Positions 9,716 through 17,787 of a stretch of DNA of 64,000 nucleotides are shown here, one piece after another. Under the pieces are notes generated by a model, which was not told the DNA's origin, did no database searches, and worked only from the letters and a program-made list of their open reading frames with translations. Both the position numbers and the translations under genes were made by a program. Positions within the stretch are counted from its first letter, which is position 1. Every line of letters begins with the position of its first letter. Origin of the DNA: Verrucomicrobiota bacterium (GTDB lineage: Bacteria > Verrucomicrobiota > Verrucomicrobiia > Limisphaerales > UBA11358); assembly GCA_050010675.1 (NCBI GenBank), contig JBEKKN010000004.1:172-64171 (forward strand), given 5' to 3'.

Positions 9716-11515
9716 TTAAAACAAGGTGCCTTTCAGCATCAGGAAATGTTCAACCATCGGGCCCAGCGCCAGCGCGGGCAAAAACGTCAGCGCCCCGACC
9801 AAAATGACCGTGCCGACCAGCAGCGCGACAAAGGTAAAGCCGGTCACCGGGAGTGTGCCGGCGCTGGCCGGAACGATTTTTTTCTTTGCCAGCGAACCGG
9901 CCAGCGCCAGCAACGGCAGAATCATGGCGAAACGACCCAGCAGCATGTCAATGCCGAGCGTGGTGTCATACCATGGGGTGTTGGCGTTGAGGCCGGCGAA
10001 GGCACTGCCGTTGTTGCCCGCACAGGAAGTGTAGGCGTAAAGCATCTCGCTCAAGCCATGCGGGCCGTTGTTGTTCAAACCGGCCCTGCCCCAATCGCTC
10101 ACCGACGCCCAGGCCGTGAAGCCCAGAATGATAAAGGCGAGAACAATGAACGCGAGGAGAACCATTTTCACATCGTAGGATTCGATTTTTTTACCAAGAT
10201 ATTCCGGCGTGCGCCCGACCATCAGCCCGGCGATGAATACGGTGATCACAATGAAAATCATCATGCCGTAAAGTCCCGCGCCGACGCCGCCGAAAATCAC
10301 CTCACCGGTCTGGATGTTGAACAGCGGCACCAGCCCGCCCAGCGGCGTAAAAGAATCGTGCATGGCATTGACCGCGCCGCACGAGGCATCGGTCGTCACC
10401 GTCGCGAAGAGCGCGGAATCCAGAATACCAAAGCGGACCTCCTTGCCTTCCATGTTGCCATCCGCAACCGCGACGCCGAGTTGTTGATGAATCGGGTTGC
10501 CTTTCGCCTCAGCCCACCAACACACCAGAACCCCGGCAAGAAACATCGCGAACATCGCCGACCACACGGCCCAGCCGTGCTTTTGATTTTTGGTTTCGCG
10601 TCCGAGGTGATAGGTCAGCGCGCTGCCGATGCAGAGCAGGGCAAGCATTTGCACAAAGTTCGAGAGCGGCGTGGGATTTTCAAATGGATGCGCCGCGTTG
10701 GCATTGGTGTAACCGCCGCCGTTGGTGCCGAGCATCTTGATGGCGACTTGCGAAGCCATCGGCCCCTGCACGATGGTCTGCGTGTCGAGTGTCTGGTTCA
10801 CCATGACCGGATTGCCCTTGGCGTCCACCACCAGTTTGCCATTCGCATCGGTTTTTTGGACGGAAACGGTTTGGGGTTCGATGAGTTTCGCCGTCGTGTA
10901 AGGCTTGAAATTTTGGATCATGCCCTGCGACACAAAGAACAGCGCCAGGACGAGGCAAACCGGCAGCAGCAGGTAATACATGATGCGCGTCACATCCACC
11001 CAGAAGTTGCCGATGGTCTGGGCCGTGTGCCGGGCGATGCCGCGCACGAGCGCCGCCGCGATGGCAATGCCGACGGCGGCGGAGAAAAAGTTGTGGATGG
11101 CCAGCGCGACCATCTGTGAGAGATACGACATCGTGGATTCACCGCCGTAACTCTGCCAGTTGGTGTTGGTGGTGAAACTGACGGCGGTGTTGAACGCGAG
11201 ATGCGGCGACAGCGCGTCGAACTTTTGCGGGTTCAGCGGCAGATATTGCTGCAAGCGCAGAATCGCGTAGGTGAACAGGCAGCTCACGAGACTGAACATC
11301 AGCATCGCAAAGGCGTATTGTTTCCAGCCGTGTTCCTTGGTGGAATCAACGCCGAGCACACGATAGGTGAGCTTTTCCAGCGGCCGAAAAACCGGATCGA
11401 GCCAGGTGCGGCCATGGGGGTCGAGCACGCGGTTGAGATACAAGCCGAGCGGCTTGGTGACGAGCAGGAGCGCGGCGATATAAATCGCCAGTTCAAGCCA
11501 TTGATGGGCGTTCAT
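9716..11515 (-). CDS. kdpA: potassium-transporting ATPase subunit A
   Basis: A 599-aa polytopic protein. ...FTTNTNWQSYGGE... and ...LGTNGGGY... are KdpA selectivity-filter-like motifs. It is the first large gene of the kdp operon. Confidence 0.95.
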   Translation of the reverse strand: MNAHQWLELAIYIAALLLVTKPLGLYLNRVLDPHGRTWLDPVFRPLEKLTYRVLGVDSTKEHGWKQYAFAMLMFSLVSCLFTYAILRLQQYLPLNPQKFDALSPHLAFNTAVSFTTNTNWQSYGGESTMSYLSQMVALAIHNFFSAAVGIAIAAALVRGIARHTAQTIGNFWVDVTRIMYYLLLPVCLVLALFFVSQGMIQNFKPYTTAKLIEPQTVSVQKTDANGKLVVDAKGNPVMVNQTLDTQTIVQGPMASQVAIKMLGTNGGGYTNANAAHPFENPTPLSNFVQMLALLCIGSALTYHLGRETKNQKHGWAVWSAMFAMFLAGVLVCWWAEAKGNPIHQQLGVAVADGNMEGKEVRFGILDSALFATVTTDASCGAVNAMHDSFTPLGGLVPLFNIQTGEVIFGGVGAGLYGMMIFIVITVFIAGLMVGRTPEYLGKKIESYDVKMVLLAFIVLAFIILGFTAWASVSDWGRAGLNNNGPHGLSEMLYAYTSCAGNNGSAFAGLNANTPWYDTTLGIDMLLGRFAMILPLLALAGSLAKKKIVPASAGTLPVTGFTFVALLVGTVILVGALTFLPALALGPMVEHFLMLKGTLF

Positions 11516-11524
11516 GGCGGTGGG

Positions 11525-11608
11525 TTAAAATTTTTCCGGTTTCAGCATGGCGACAATGAGATACACGCACAGCGCCACGCAAATGATTCCGAGAATGAGG
11601 TCTTCCAT
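11525..11608 (-). CDS. kdpF: KdpF-like 27-aa membrane peptide (copy 2, adjacent to kdpA)
   Basis: My own translation gives MEDLILGIICVALCVYLIVAMLKPEKF*. It is a single hydrophobic helix ending in the KdpF-like ...L.PEKF. It stops 9 nt upstream of the kdpA ATG. Confidence 0.65.
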   Translation of the reverse strand: MEDLILGIICVALCVYLIVAMLKPEKF

Positions 11609-11617
11609 AAAAGTTTG

Positions 11618-11701
11618 TCAGAGTTTTTCACAGCCGATGGCATACAGCAAAAAGGCCATGAAAACCCCAAAAGTTAATCCAATATAGATTGCGTCCAGCA
11701 T
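11618..11701 (-). CDS. second KdpF-like 27-aa membrane peptide (copy 1, promoter-proximal)
   Basis: My own translation gives MLDAIYIGLTFGVFMAFLLYAIGCEKL*. It has the same length and architecture as the downstream kdpF and lies 9 nt upstream of it. Confidence 0.45.
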   Translation of the reverse strand: MLDAIYIGLTFGVFMAFLLYAIGCEKL

Positions 11702-11815
11702 ATTTTATCCACGGCACGCGCAGGGTAATGAACCCAGCGCGTGTCGCATTGATTTTTCACGTTTGGGTGAACTTGACCACCGCGGACTTCGCGGCTCAGA
11801 GGCTCGCCCTTCCAA

Positions 11816-11967
11816 ATGCCTGCGAGATTAGCTGTCGGGCTTGGCCTTGAAAGTGGCCTTGAAACCGGTTGCCCGGCTTCGTTCGCCCCGTCCTCAATCA
11901 CTTTGAGGAGTTTGGGTCTCCCGCGTCCGGCTTCAGGAAGGAAGCCGGACTTCGGCTGCAACGGCAG
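11816..11967 (-). promoter_or_regulatory. candidate c-di-AMP riboswitch (ydaO/yuaA class) in the kdp leader
   Basis: Minus-strand RNA reads ...UCCGGCUUC-CUUCCU-GAAGCCGGA-CGCGGGAGACCCAAA-(hairpin UCCUCA..UGAGGA)-CGGGGCGAAC-(GAAGCCGG-GCAA-CCGGUUUC)-...GCCCGACAGCUAAUCUCGCAGGC. This parallels my recollection of the B. subtilis ydaO blocks GCGGGGGACCCA, GGGGUGAAUCC and CCCGUCAGCUAACCUCGUAAGCG. It is not verified with a covariance model. Confidence 0.6.
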
Positions 11968-12207
11968 AAGAAAATCATCTTTGTTCCGTTTTGTCAAACT
12001 TCCGACGAAAGCAGCCACGTAAGTAAATGATGCATAGCGGAATAAAAATGCAGTTGCGTTTTGCCCAATCTCCAGCGAAACCGTCCGCAAAGTCACGGCT
12101 TCGCGGAGCAGATCAATTGTTTTCAAAGCTCCGGGCACGCTGACTCCATGGCAAATTTGTTTTGCCAAAGAACACGCAACCGCGTCTAAATCTGAGCGCG
12201 CCATGCC

Positions 12208-13767
12208 ATGAGAGCTCGAATTAAAATCTTGTCCGCATTCATTTGGTTGATGTCGGCCATGCTGTTCGCGGCGGACACGACCTATGTGCCGACGACCCTC
12301 ACGCCACCGGCGCCGCCGCGCGAATTTCGCGGGGCCTGGCTGGCCACGGTCGCGAATGTCGATTGGCCCTCCCGACCCGGCCTCGGCGTCGCGGCGCAAA
12401 AAACCGAACTGATCGCGCTGCTCGATCGCGCCGTCCAATTGAAATTGAACGCCGTGATTTTCCAGGTCCGCCCCATGGCCGACGCCGTCTATGCCTCGCC
12501 CCTGGAACCATGGTCGGAATTCCTGACCGGCCGGATGGGCCGGTCACCGGAGCCATTTTACGATCCGCTCGCCTTTGCCATCACCGAAGCGCACCAGCGC
12601 GGTTTGGAACTGCACGCATGGTTCAATCCGTTTCGCGTGTCCCTCCCGCCAGCCCAGGCCCGGTCCCCGGCGGCACCGGCACATCTTTCCCGCACCCATC
12701 CGGAACTGGTCCGCCGTTACGGCAATCTGCTCTGGCTGGACCCCGGCGAACCTGCCGCGCGCGAACACGTTTTGAACGTGGTCCTGGACGTGGTGCGGCG
12801 ATACGACGTGGACGGCATTACGTTCGACGATTATTTTTATCCCTACCCGGACAAGGATGCGGAGGGACGCACCGTGGGTTTTCCTGACAACGCCAGCTGG
12901 CGGAAATATGGGGTTTCGAGCGGAATGAGCCGGGACGAGTGGCGGCGGGCAAACGTGAACCAATTCGTTCAGAACGTCAATCGTTCCATCAAGGCGATGA
13001 AACCCTGGGTGAAATTCGGCGTCAGCCCGTTCGGCATCTGGCGTCCGGGCTTCCCCAAACAGGTTCAAGGGCTCGACACTTACGCAAACCTGTATGCCGA
13101 TTCGCGCCTGTGGCTCGCCAGCGGCTGGCTCGATTATTTTTCGCCGCAACTGTACTGGGCGATTGATCAGCGGGAACAAAGTTTTCCCGCGCTGCTGCAA
13201 TGGTGGTCGGGGGAAGACGCCAAACATCGCCATTTCTGGCCCAGCTTATACGCCGCCAACGTCGGCATCAGGTGGAAGCCGGACGAAATCGCGCGCCAAA
13301 TTCAGTTGGTCCGCAAACAACCCGGCGCGGGTGGGGAAATTTTTTATCATCTCCGCAGCCTCGAGGAAAACCAGCCGCTCGCCGGGGTGATTCGCGCCCA
13401 ATTCCCGCAACCCGCGCTCGTCCCCGCGTCGCCGTGGCTGGATTCCATTCCCCCGGACCGGCCGAAACTCACCCTGGATGAAAGCCGAGCCGGCCTGCGA
13501 TTTGAATGGGCCACCACCGGCGGCAAACCGGCGTGGCTGTGGGTCCTGCAATTCCGGAGTCATGAGGTTTGGACGACGGAAATTCTGCCGGCGAACCAGA
13601 CTTCGCAGACGTTCTCCGATTCCCAGCCCGAAGTCATCGCGGTCAGCGCGGTGGATCGGGATGGGAACGAAAGCGAGCCGGTCGCGCTCAAGGGAATCAC
13701 TCCGCCTTCCGGGCACCCGGTTGGCCAGAGAGACGGTTTGAACTGGCGGAGAAATTTGAACCGCTGA
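12208..13767 (+). CDS. secreted glycoside-hydrolase-like protein, GHL10 / YddW (UPF0748) family
   Basis: There is a signal peptide (MRARIKILSAFIWLMSAMLFAADT). FRGAWLATVANVDWPS...LNAVIFQVRPMADAVYASPLEPWSEFLTG...ELHAWFNPF is typical of the family. Confidence 0.75.
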   Translation: MRARIKILSAFIWLMSAMLFAADTTYVPTTLTPPAPPREFRGAWLATVANVDWPSRPGLGVAAQKTELIALLDRAVQLKLNAVIFQVRPMADAVYASPLEPWSEFLTGRMGRSPEPFYDPLAFAITEAHQRGLELHAWFNPFRVSLPPAQARSPAAPAHLSRTHPELVRRYGNLLWLDPGEPAAREHVLNVVLDVVRRYDVDGITFDDYFYPYPDKDAEGRTVGFPDNASWRKYGVSSGMSRDEWRRANVNQFVQNVNRSIKAMKPWVKFGVSPFGIWRPGFPKQVQGLDTYANLYADSRLWLASGWLDYFSPQLYWAIDQREQSFPALLQWWSGEDAKHRHFWPSLYAANVGIRWKPDEIARQIQLVRKQPGAGGEIFYHLRSLEENQPLAGVIRAQFPQPALVPASPWLDSIPPDRPKLTLDESRAGLRFEWATTGGKPAWLWVLQFRSHEVWTTEILPANQTSQTFSDSQPEVIAVSAVDRDGNESEPVALKGITPPSGHPVGQRDGLNWRRNLNR

Positions 13768-13812
13768 AGGCGGACCGATCTGTCATCCGCAGTCCGATGG
13801 GAAAATGGTTTT

Positions 13813-14100
13813 GGAAGGGCTGTAAGCCGAATTCTGTCTGCACTCTTGCGAGCGGAGAGAATCATTTGTCTCAGCAGCCGTACCCGGAATCCGTTTCACT
13901 TTCGCGAAACCTGGAGCGGGCCGCTCCGGGATTCCCTATTTGGCCTTGCACCCGATGGGGTTTTCCGTGCCGCGTCGCTTGCGCTTCGCGCGGTGCGCTC
14001 TTACCGCACCTTTTCACCATACGCGGCATCGCGCCCTTTGGTGTTCGGACTTTCCTCCTCCGTCCCGCAAAGCGGGACGGAAGCGATTCTCCACCCTTCC
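13813..14100 (-). ncRNA. rnpB: RNase P RNA (bacterial type A-like), unusually short (about 288 nt)
   Basis: The reverse complement reads GGAAGGGUGG...CGGGACGGAGGAGGAAAGUCCGAACAC...GGUGCGGUAAGAGCGCACCGCG...GCAAGGCCAAAUAGGGAAUCCC...ACAGAAUUCGGCUUACAGCCCUUCC. The universally conserved P4, P13-like, J-region and ACAGAAnnCGGCUUA blocks are present, and P1 pairs GGAAGGG with CCCUUCC. Confidence 0.85.
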
Positions 14101-14149
14101 AAAACCAAGGTGATCCTAACCGGTTCCCGGGAAAATTTCAAGGCAGGAC

Positions 14150-14878
14150 TTATTCCGCCGCGGCCAGCTCCATATCCCGCGTGTAATACAAAATCCGGCC
14201 GCAATTGATGCAGCCGACAATTTCCGACTGCGCGCGGCAGGTGACGAGAATCTGGGCGGGCAATTTCATGTGGCAACCACCGCAAACACCGTGCTGCACG
14301 CCCACGACGACGTTATCGCCCTTGCTCTTGTACAGCCGCTCATAGCGGGTGCGCGCCGTTTCCTCCACCGCCGCCGCGAGTTCCGCGCGTCCGGTTTGCA
14401 GCTCGGCGAGTTCCTTGCTCAGATTGGCCTCGCGCTGGTCCAATTGCGTGACCTGGCTTTCCACCAGTTTTTTTGCCTCGTTGGCCTCCAGGGTCGCGCG
14501 GGTGACTTCCTTTTGCGCGGCCTCGCCCTGCTCCATCAAAACGATTTCCTCATCCTCGATTTTGACGATGGCTTCCTTGCAAAGCTCGATCTCGTGAGCC
14601 AGCGCGCGATACTCCTCGTTCTTGCGAGTCTGGAGCTGTTGATTGGCGTATCGCTCGATCTGCGTTTTTTTGGACTCGACGTCGAGTTCCAGCCGCTTGC
14701 GGTCGGACTCGATTTGTTTGACGTGAAGTTTGGCGGCGTCCAGTTGCGTCTGCGTCGTGGCGGCCTTGGTGCAGAGGGTATCGCGTTCCGGTCCGATGTG
14801 GCCCAACTCCTGTTCGACGCGGCGGATTTTCCGGTCGCGATCCTGTAGTATCAGAAGTTTCTCAATCACCTCAAACAT
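14150..14878 (-). CDS. coiled-coil protein with a C-terminal C4 zinc ribbon (COG1579-type)
   Basis: A long heptad-rich region is followed by ...CGGCHMKLPAQ...CINCGRILY. Confidence 0.75.
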   Translation of the reverse strand: MFEVIEKLLILQDRDRKIRRVEQELGHIGPERDTLCTKAATTQTQLDAAKLHVKQIESDRKRLELDVESKKTQIERYANQQLQTRKNEEYRALAHEIELCKEAIVKIEDEEIVLMEQGEAAQKEVTRATLEANEAKKLVESQVTQLDQREANLSKELAELQTGRAELAAAVEETARTRYERLYKSKGDNVVVGVQHGVCGGCHMKLPAQILVTCRAQSEIVGCINCGRILYYTRDMELAAAE

Positions 14879-14954
14879 TGAACTGCAAACAGTAGCCAGC
14901 GTTGGAGCTCAAGTCAATGCGGGGTAAAACGGGGTAGTGGTACAGTTTGAAACA

Positions 14955-15389
14955 TCAAATCTTGTAACCTTTAGCTCTGGCTTGTCTTACGAGCGAGGCA
15001 AAAGGGCGCTCACTGATAAATGATGCCCATTGACCATACTTGTAAAAAGGCTTGCCTCGTTTGGGTTTATCGATGTGCCAGTAAGGGAGCCAGATGGAGC
15101 GCAACCTTTCATCTATTGATTTAACGATGACTAGAAATGGATAAAATGAACGTTGGGACTTACCCTCCGGCCAAGAGTTGTCAAGACGTTTAGGCAAAAA
15201 TGCGGCCAAAACCTTGCATTTATGGGGATGTGTTCCAAGACCGAACCCGAACTCTAATTCAAGATGGCTTTTTGCTCCGCACTTGCAGTATCGCGCTTTT
15301 CCCCTCTGAATATCGTGTAAAGCGTCGAAGAGTCGAGCAACCCATTCTCGATGCCCACGTTTGCATACGTTGTATCTCTTGGTTGCCAT
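14955..15389 (-). CDS. hypothetical protein on an AT-rich islet
   Basis: A 144-codon ORF with about 44% GC in two hand-counted 60-mers. It has Cys/His pairs (CKRGH...CKCG...H) and no recognisable family. Confidence 0.45.
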   Translation of the reverse strand: MATKRYNVCKRGHREWVARLFDALHDIQRGKARYCKCGAKSHLELEFGFGLGTHPHKCKVLAAFLPKRLDNSWPEGKSQRSFYPFLVIVKSIDERLRSIWLPYWHIDKPKRGKPFYKYGQWASFISERPFASLVRQARAKGYKI

Positions 15390-15550
15390 GCTTTTATTCT
15401 ATCAAGTTCACAGTTTCCTCCAAACTCCAAAAACGATCACTGATATCTGCCTTGGTAGCTTTGGGCTTTGAACATCGGACCCGTTCTGTTCTGCTGCGAA
15501 ATTTTTCACCGGCAAATTCATTTTGCAGTTTCCGGTTTCGCCGTTAACCT

Positions 15551-16609
15551 GTGGCCATGCGTTTCATAGGCAACGTCATTGAAAAATTGCAGCGCCATCC
15601 CAAACGGGTGGTGTTTCCCGAGGGCGAGGAACCGCGCATCCTGCAGGCGGCCCGGCAGTTTTATGCGCTGCGACTGGGCGCTCCCATCGTGCTCGGTGAC
15701 GCGGCAAAAATAAAGGCCGTCGCGGAGGGGCTGAATATTCCGCTCGAGGGCATCCGGGTCATTAATCCACCGGTGAGCGAGGAACTGGACAATTTTGCCA
15801 ACCGCTTTTTCCGGTTGCGCCGGGAAAAGGGGGTCAAAGCGCCGGAGGCGCGCGAGGCCATGTTGCAGCCGAATTATTTCGGCACCATGATGCTGGCGAT
15901 GCACCAGGCCGACGGCCTGGTTTCCGGCGCTTCCCACATCACCAGCAGCCTGCTGCGGCCGCTGTTTCAAATCATCAAAGCCGCGCCCAGCATCACCACG
16001 GCATCGAGTTGCATGGTGATGGAAGTCGAGGACACCCGCGTCGGCGAGCAAGGGGTGCTGTTCATGGCCGATTGCGGAGTCATTCCCGATCCGACCGTGG
16101 ATCAACTGGCCGACATCGCGGTTTCCACCGCGCAGCTCGCGCGCCACATGGTCGGCGTGCGGCCGCGGGTGGCATTGCTGTCCTTTTCCACCAAAGGCAG
16201 TGCGGCCCATCCGTCCGTCGGCAAGGTGCAGGCGGCCACGGCCGTGGCCCGGCGCAAGGCCGAGCAATTGTTTCTGGAAGCCGATTTCGACGGCGAGTTG
16301 CAGGTGGACGCTGCGCTCGTTCCGGAAATCGCCGACCGCAAACTGCGCGACAGCAAGGTGGCCGGGCGGGCGAACGTGCTGATTTTCCCCGACCTCAATT
16401 CCGGCAACATCGCCAGCAAACTGGTCCGGCTGGTCGGCCACGCCAATGCCTACGGCCAGATTTTACTGGGCCTGAACCGGCCCGCCGCGGACGTTTCGCG
16501 CGGTTCGAGCGCGCACGACATCCTGGGCGTCGCCGCCATTGTCGGCGTCCAGGCAATTGATTACCCGAAACTTTATCCGGGCGCGGATGCGCATCTGCCC
16601 GGTGAATGA
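15551..16609 (+). CDS. pta: phosphate acetyltransferase, catalytic PTA_PTB domain only
   Basis: KRVVFPEGEEPRILQAA..., ...SGASHITSSLLRP..., ...FMADCGV... and ...IFPDLNSGNIASKL... are present. Confidence 0.85.
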   Translation: MAMRFIGNVIEKLQRHPKRVVFPEGEEPRILQAARQFYALRLGAPIVLGDAAKIKAVAEGLNIPLEGIRVINPPVSEELDNFANRFFRLRREKGVKAPEAREAMLQPNYFGTMMLAMHQADGLVSGASHITSSLLRPLFQIIKAAPSITTASSCMVMEVEDTRVGEQGVLFMADCGVIPDPTVDQLADIAVSTAQLARHMVGVRPRVALLSFSTKGSAAHPSVGKVQAATAVARRKAEQLFLEADFDGELQVDAALVPEIADRKLRDSKVAGRANVLIFPDLNSGNIASKLVRLVGHANAYGQILLGLNRPAADVSRGSSAHDILGVAAIVGVQAIDYPKLYPGADAHLPGE

Positions 16610-16614
16610 CTCAA

Positions 16615-16690
16615 TTCTTAATCTGGCGCTTAATCCCAATCACAATCACAAGGTAGATTAAGAGTGAGATTGCGATTAAGATTACGTTGA
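16615..16690. repeat. imperfect inverted 'word' repeat (CTTAATC...CTTAATCCCAATCACAATCAC / GAGTGAGATTGCGATTAAGATTAC)
   Basis: It lies in the 82-nt spacer between the two pta-related genes. The arms are partly complementary by eye. Confidence 0.5.
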
Positions 16691-16691
16691 A

Positions 16692-17786
16692 GTGAATACC
16701 GAAACTCCCCGCGTTTTCATCGCTGCCACCCGCCAGAACGACGGCAAAACCACCGTGTCGCTCGGTCTGATTGCCGCCTTGCAGGAACATTTCCCGCGCA
16801 TCGGTTATATCAAGCCCGTCGGCCAGCGCTTCGTCGAAATCGAGGAGCAGAAGATTGACGAGGACACCGTGCTCATGGACGCGGTGTACCCGATGAACTG
16901 CCCGCTCGTGGACATGAGCCCGATCGCCGTCGAACCGGATTTCACACGCAAATATCTCCAGGGCTCGAACAATGAGGCGCTCGTCAAACGGATTCAGAAG
17001 GCCTTTGACCGGGTCGCGTGGGAAAAGGATTTTGTCCTGTGCGAAGGTTCCGGGCACGCCGGCGTCGGTTCCGTGTTCGATTTGTCCAATGCGCAGGTGG
17101 CGAAAACCCTTGGCTGCAAGGTCATCATCGTCACCCAGGGTGGCATCGGCAAACCGATTGACGAGGTCGCGCTCAACCAAGCGTTGTTTGAAAAGGAAGG
17201 CGTCGAGATCATGGGCGTGATGCTCAACAAGGTGTTGCCGGAAAAGGTGGATTACGTCACGGATTTTGCGCGGCGCGGTTTGAAACGCAGAGGGCTGGAG
17301 CTGCTCGGCGTTCTGCCTTATGAACAAATCCTGGGCAATCCGTCCGTAGACCTGATCCGCGAGGAATTGCACGCCGAATTGCTGAACCAGCCGGCCACGC
17401 TGAACACCCTCGTGGACGACGTCATTGTCGGCGCCATGGGCGCGCACAACGCCATGCAATTTTTCAAGCGCGGGGTGCTGCTGATCACGCCCGGCGATCG
17501 CGAGGACATCCTGCTGGCGGCCGGTGCGGCCACGATGCCGGACAGCGAGGACAAAATGGCCGGGATCGTCCTGACCGGCGGTCTGCGGCCGAATGAAGCC
17601 ATTTTGAAAGCCCTGCAAACCCTGCCCATCCCGGTGTTGCTGGCCAAGGCGGAAAGTTATCAGGTCGCTTCCAAGGTCCACAATCTCACCGTCAAAACGC
17701 GGCCGAACGACGCCGAAAAAATTTCGGTCATTCGCAATCTGATTGCCCAAAACGTGAACGTCAAAAAAATCATCAACGCCTTGTAA
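16692..17786 (+). CDS. BioD-like P-loop plus DRTGG domain protein, equivalent to the N-terminal regulatory half of long-form Pta
   Basis: RVFIAATRQNDGKTTVSLGL is the P-loop-like region. The C-terminal LLITPGDREDILLAA...GIVLTGG is a DRTGG-type motif. GTG start. Confidence 0.7.
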   Translation: MNTETPRVFIAATRQNDGKTTVSLGLIAALQEHFPRIGYIKPVGQRFVEIEEQKIDEDTVLMDAVYPMNCPLVDMSPIAVEPDFTRKYLQGSNNEALVKRIQKAFDRVAWEKDFVLCEGSGHAGVGSVFDLSNAQVAKTLGCKVIIVTQGGIGKPIDEVALNQALFEKEGVEIMGVMLNKVLPEKVDYVTDFARRGLKRRGLELLGVLPYEQILGNPSVDLIREELHAELLNQPATLNTLVDDVIVGAMGAHNAMQFFKRGVLLITPGDREDILLAAGAATMPDSEDKMAGIVLTGGLRPNEAILKALQTLPIPVLLAKAESYQVASKVHNLTVKTRPNDAEKISVIRNLIAQNVNVKKIINAL

Positions 17787-17787
17787 A

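Noticed and set aside
7682-11119. Long plus-strand ORFs (7682..9679, 665 aa; 9698..11119, 473 aa) opposite kdpB and kdpA.
   Set aside because: They are antisense shadows. They are extremely Arg/Gly/His/Asp-rich with no domain signatures, and the minus strand carries textbook KdpB/KdpA motifs.
11715-11743. The hairpin CACGCGC(T)GGGT-TCATT-ACCC(T)GCGCGTG downstream of the riboswitch, considered as an intrinsic terminator.
   Set aside because: No U-tract follows it (the next bases are CCGUGGAUAAAAU). It may belong to the expression platform but cannot be called a terminator.
11674-12438. A 254-aa minus-strand ORF covering the kdp leader and the 5' end of the GHL10 gene.
   Set aside because: It overlaps the riboswitch-like RNA, a small kdpF-like ORF and a well-supported plus-strand gene. 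Its composition is typical of non-coding GC-rich read-through.
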